A stretch of DNA of 63,290 nucleotides, counting the filler, from Octopus bimaculoides (lineage: Eukaryota): the NCBI RefSeq assembly GCF_001194135.2. It is 6 parts of 6 records of this genome, joined end to end, with 100 filler letters (N's around TTAATTAATTAA, not from the genome) between each part and the next. Parts side by side here need not be neighbours in the genome. Positions count along the whole stretch, not along the records: positions 61,793 to 63,290 come from NC_068989.1; 5 more parts are not named here. One strand, 5' to 3'. Every line of letters starts with the position of its first letter. Positions within the stretch are counted from its first letter, which is position 1. Below are positions 61,876-63,290 of this stretch, piece by piece. The notes under the pieces were generated by a model. That model did no database searches. It was not told the DNA's origin and saw only the letters and a program-made list of their open reading frames with translations. The position numbers and the translations under genes were made by a program.

Positions 61876-62034
61876 TATGTCATTATTCAGTTTATTTCGA
61901 AGATTCTTGGCAACAGAGAAAGATGTGGTTTCTAACCTAGACCCAAGGCTCCTTCATTGGAATTTTAACATCAACAACAGGGTATGTATGTAAGTATGTA
62001 TGTATGTATGTATGTATGTATGTATGTATGTATG

Positions 62035-62066
<32 letters not shown>

Positions 62067-62125
62067 CGTGCATATTCGGATGCTTTGTTTTATGCATGTC
62101 TTCTAATGCATATACTTGCATATCT
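61876..62125 (+). repeat. Unclassified repeat with internal (TATG)n, copy 1
   Basis: TCATTATTCAGTTTATTTC..GGTTTCTAACCT..CTCCTTCATTGGAATTT..AACAACA.GGTA(TATG)n shared with 62752-62945. Confidence 0.75.
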
Positions 62126-62673
62126 AAACATGCTCACGGACCAAAATGATAAACTTCTGGAAAGTTTTACAGATTTTTACAGTTCCAGTGATGGATTGGA
62201 TCTGTAGCCTTCGAATCAGCTTTCTCCATTCCAAAGCCTAATTTCTCCAGACTGGTATTTAGGCAATGTGTTACATATCACAGGGCCTCAATAATTACAA
62301 GTTTAAACCTGAAATTGTAATCTGGATAGAGCAACTGCGGATTTCTCAATAGTTCAGTCTAGGTATTATTTTTCGCTGTTTTCAGCTTCATGTTGAGATC
62401 CGCTGGGCAGCTAGCTTCCACAACTGTACACAGTTTCTCTTCTCAATCTTAAATAGTTATATCATTATATCAGGTCTTTTGAGTTTACATTTTATTGAAG
62501 TTTTCACGCGGACATTCCACCAATACTCCTTTATATTATGAGTGGGTATGGCTTCTACCATACTGTGGGCTCTTATTTCTTTGTTTGTTCTCGGGGTTAT
62601 CCTTTCGACGGATCTCGTTATATAGTGTCCTAGCTACAACATTATGTCTCATCGGTAGATATGTATGTATGTA

Positions 62674-62747
<74 letters not shown>

Positions 62748-62751
62748 TGTG

Positions 62752-62945
62752 TATGTCATTGTTCAGTTTTATTTCAAGATTTTTAGCCAATAGGTTTCTA
62801 ACCTGGATTCAACTCTCCTTCATTGGAATTTCAACAACAACAACAAGGTAAGTATGTATGTATGTATGTATGTATGTATGTATGTATGTGCAGAATTGTA
62901 TGTTTTGTTTTATGTATGTATTCTCATGCATTTCGTTGCATGTCT
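62752..62945 (+). repeat. Unclassified repeat with internal (TATG)n, copy 2
   Basis: Direct, diverged copy of 61876-62125. Confidence 0.75.
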
Positions 62946-63290
62946 GTGTGTAAGTTGAAAAAAAAAAAGAAAATAAAGAAATAAAAAAATGTTTAACGGA
63001 ACTTGCCGAACAAATACATTCAGTTTTCCGAGACCAAAAACGATGAATTGCCTTGATAGAAGGATCTAATTTAAACCGGTTTGTGTCACAGGACCAAGAG
63101 CTTTCTCAGGCGAGTTGGTAACAAAAGAGAAACAGATGAAGGCTTAGATACAACACTGCTCATACTCGTCCACATAAAAAATAAACCAAAAGTCGAGAAG
63201 GTCACGGTTGGAATGTGTTTGATCATAAACTTGCTCAGATAAGGTAGGTACTACGGGCAAAAAAACCAACAGCAGCTAAACATTGAAAAT

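Overview
AT-rich, microsatellite-saturated animal genomic DNA with many N-gaps. The tRNA-derived SINE families and overall texture suggest a cephalopod, probably octopus (inference, not searched). I recognise no host protein-coding gene, RNA gene or CRISPR array; most long six-frame ORFs are simple-repeat or gap artefacts. The window is a transposable-element graveyard. It holds a near full-length decayed RTE LINE, three R4/Dong-type RLE non-LTR elements beside (TAA/TGA)n tracts, CR1 and L1/Tx1 fragments, and at least five Penelope-like element (PLE) fragments (Neptune- and Naiad-like). DNA transposons include a near-intact Tc1 (DD34E), a DD41D/Visitor-like element with an apparently lengthened catalytic spacer, and mariner and hAT remnants. 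There are also piggyBac-like, Merlin-like, foldback and Helentron-like non-autonomous elements and about 20 SINE copies in four families. The most interesting unannotated signal is a set of six type I hammerhead-ribozyme-like folds in at least five unrelated sequence contexts. Two copies of one Neptune-like family share a non-canonical core (CYGUGGA+A). Two long hairpins also stand out (70-bp near-perfect arms at 35.9 kb; ~135-bp arms at 36.8-37.2 kb). All alignments and folds were done by eye, and element boundaries are approximate unless a TSD or TIR is quoted.
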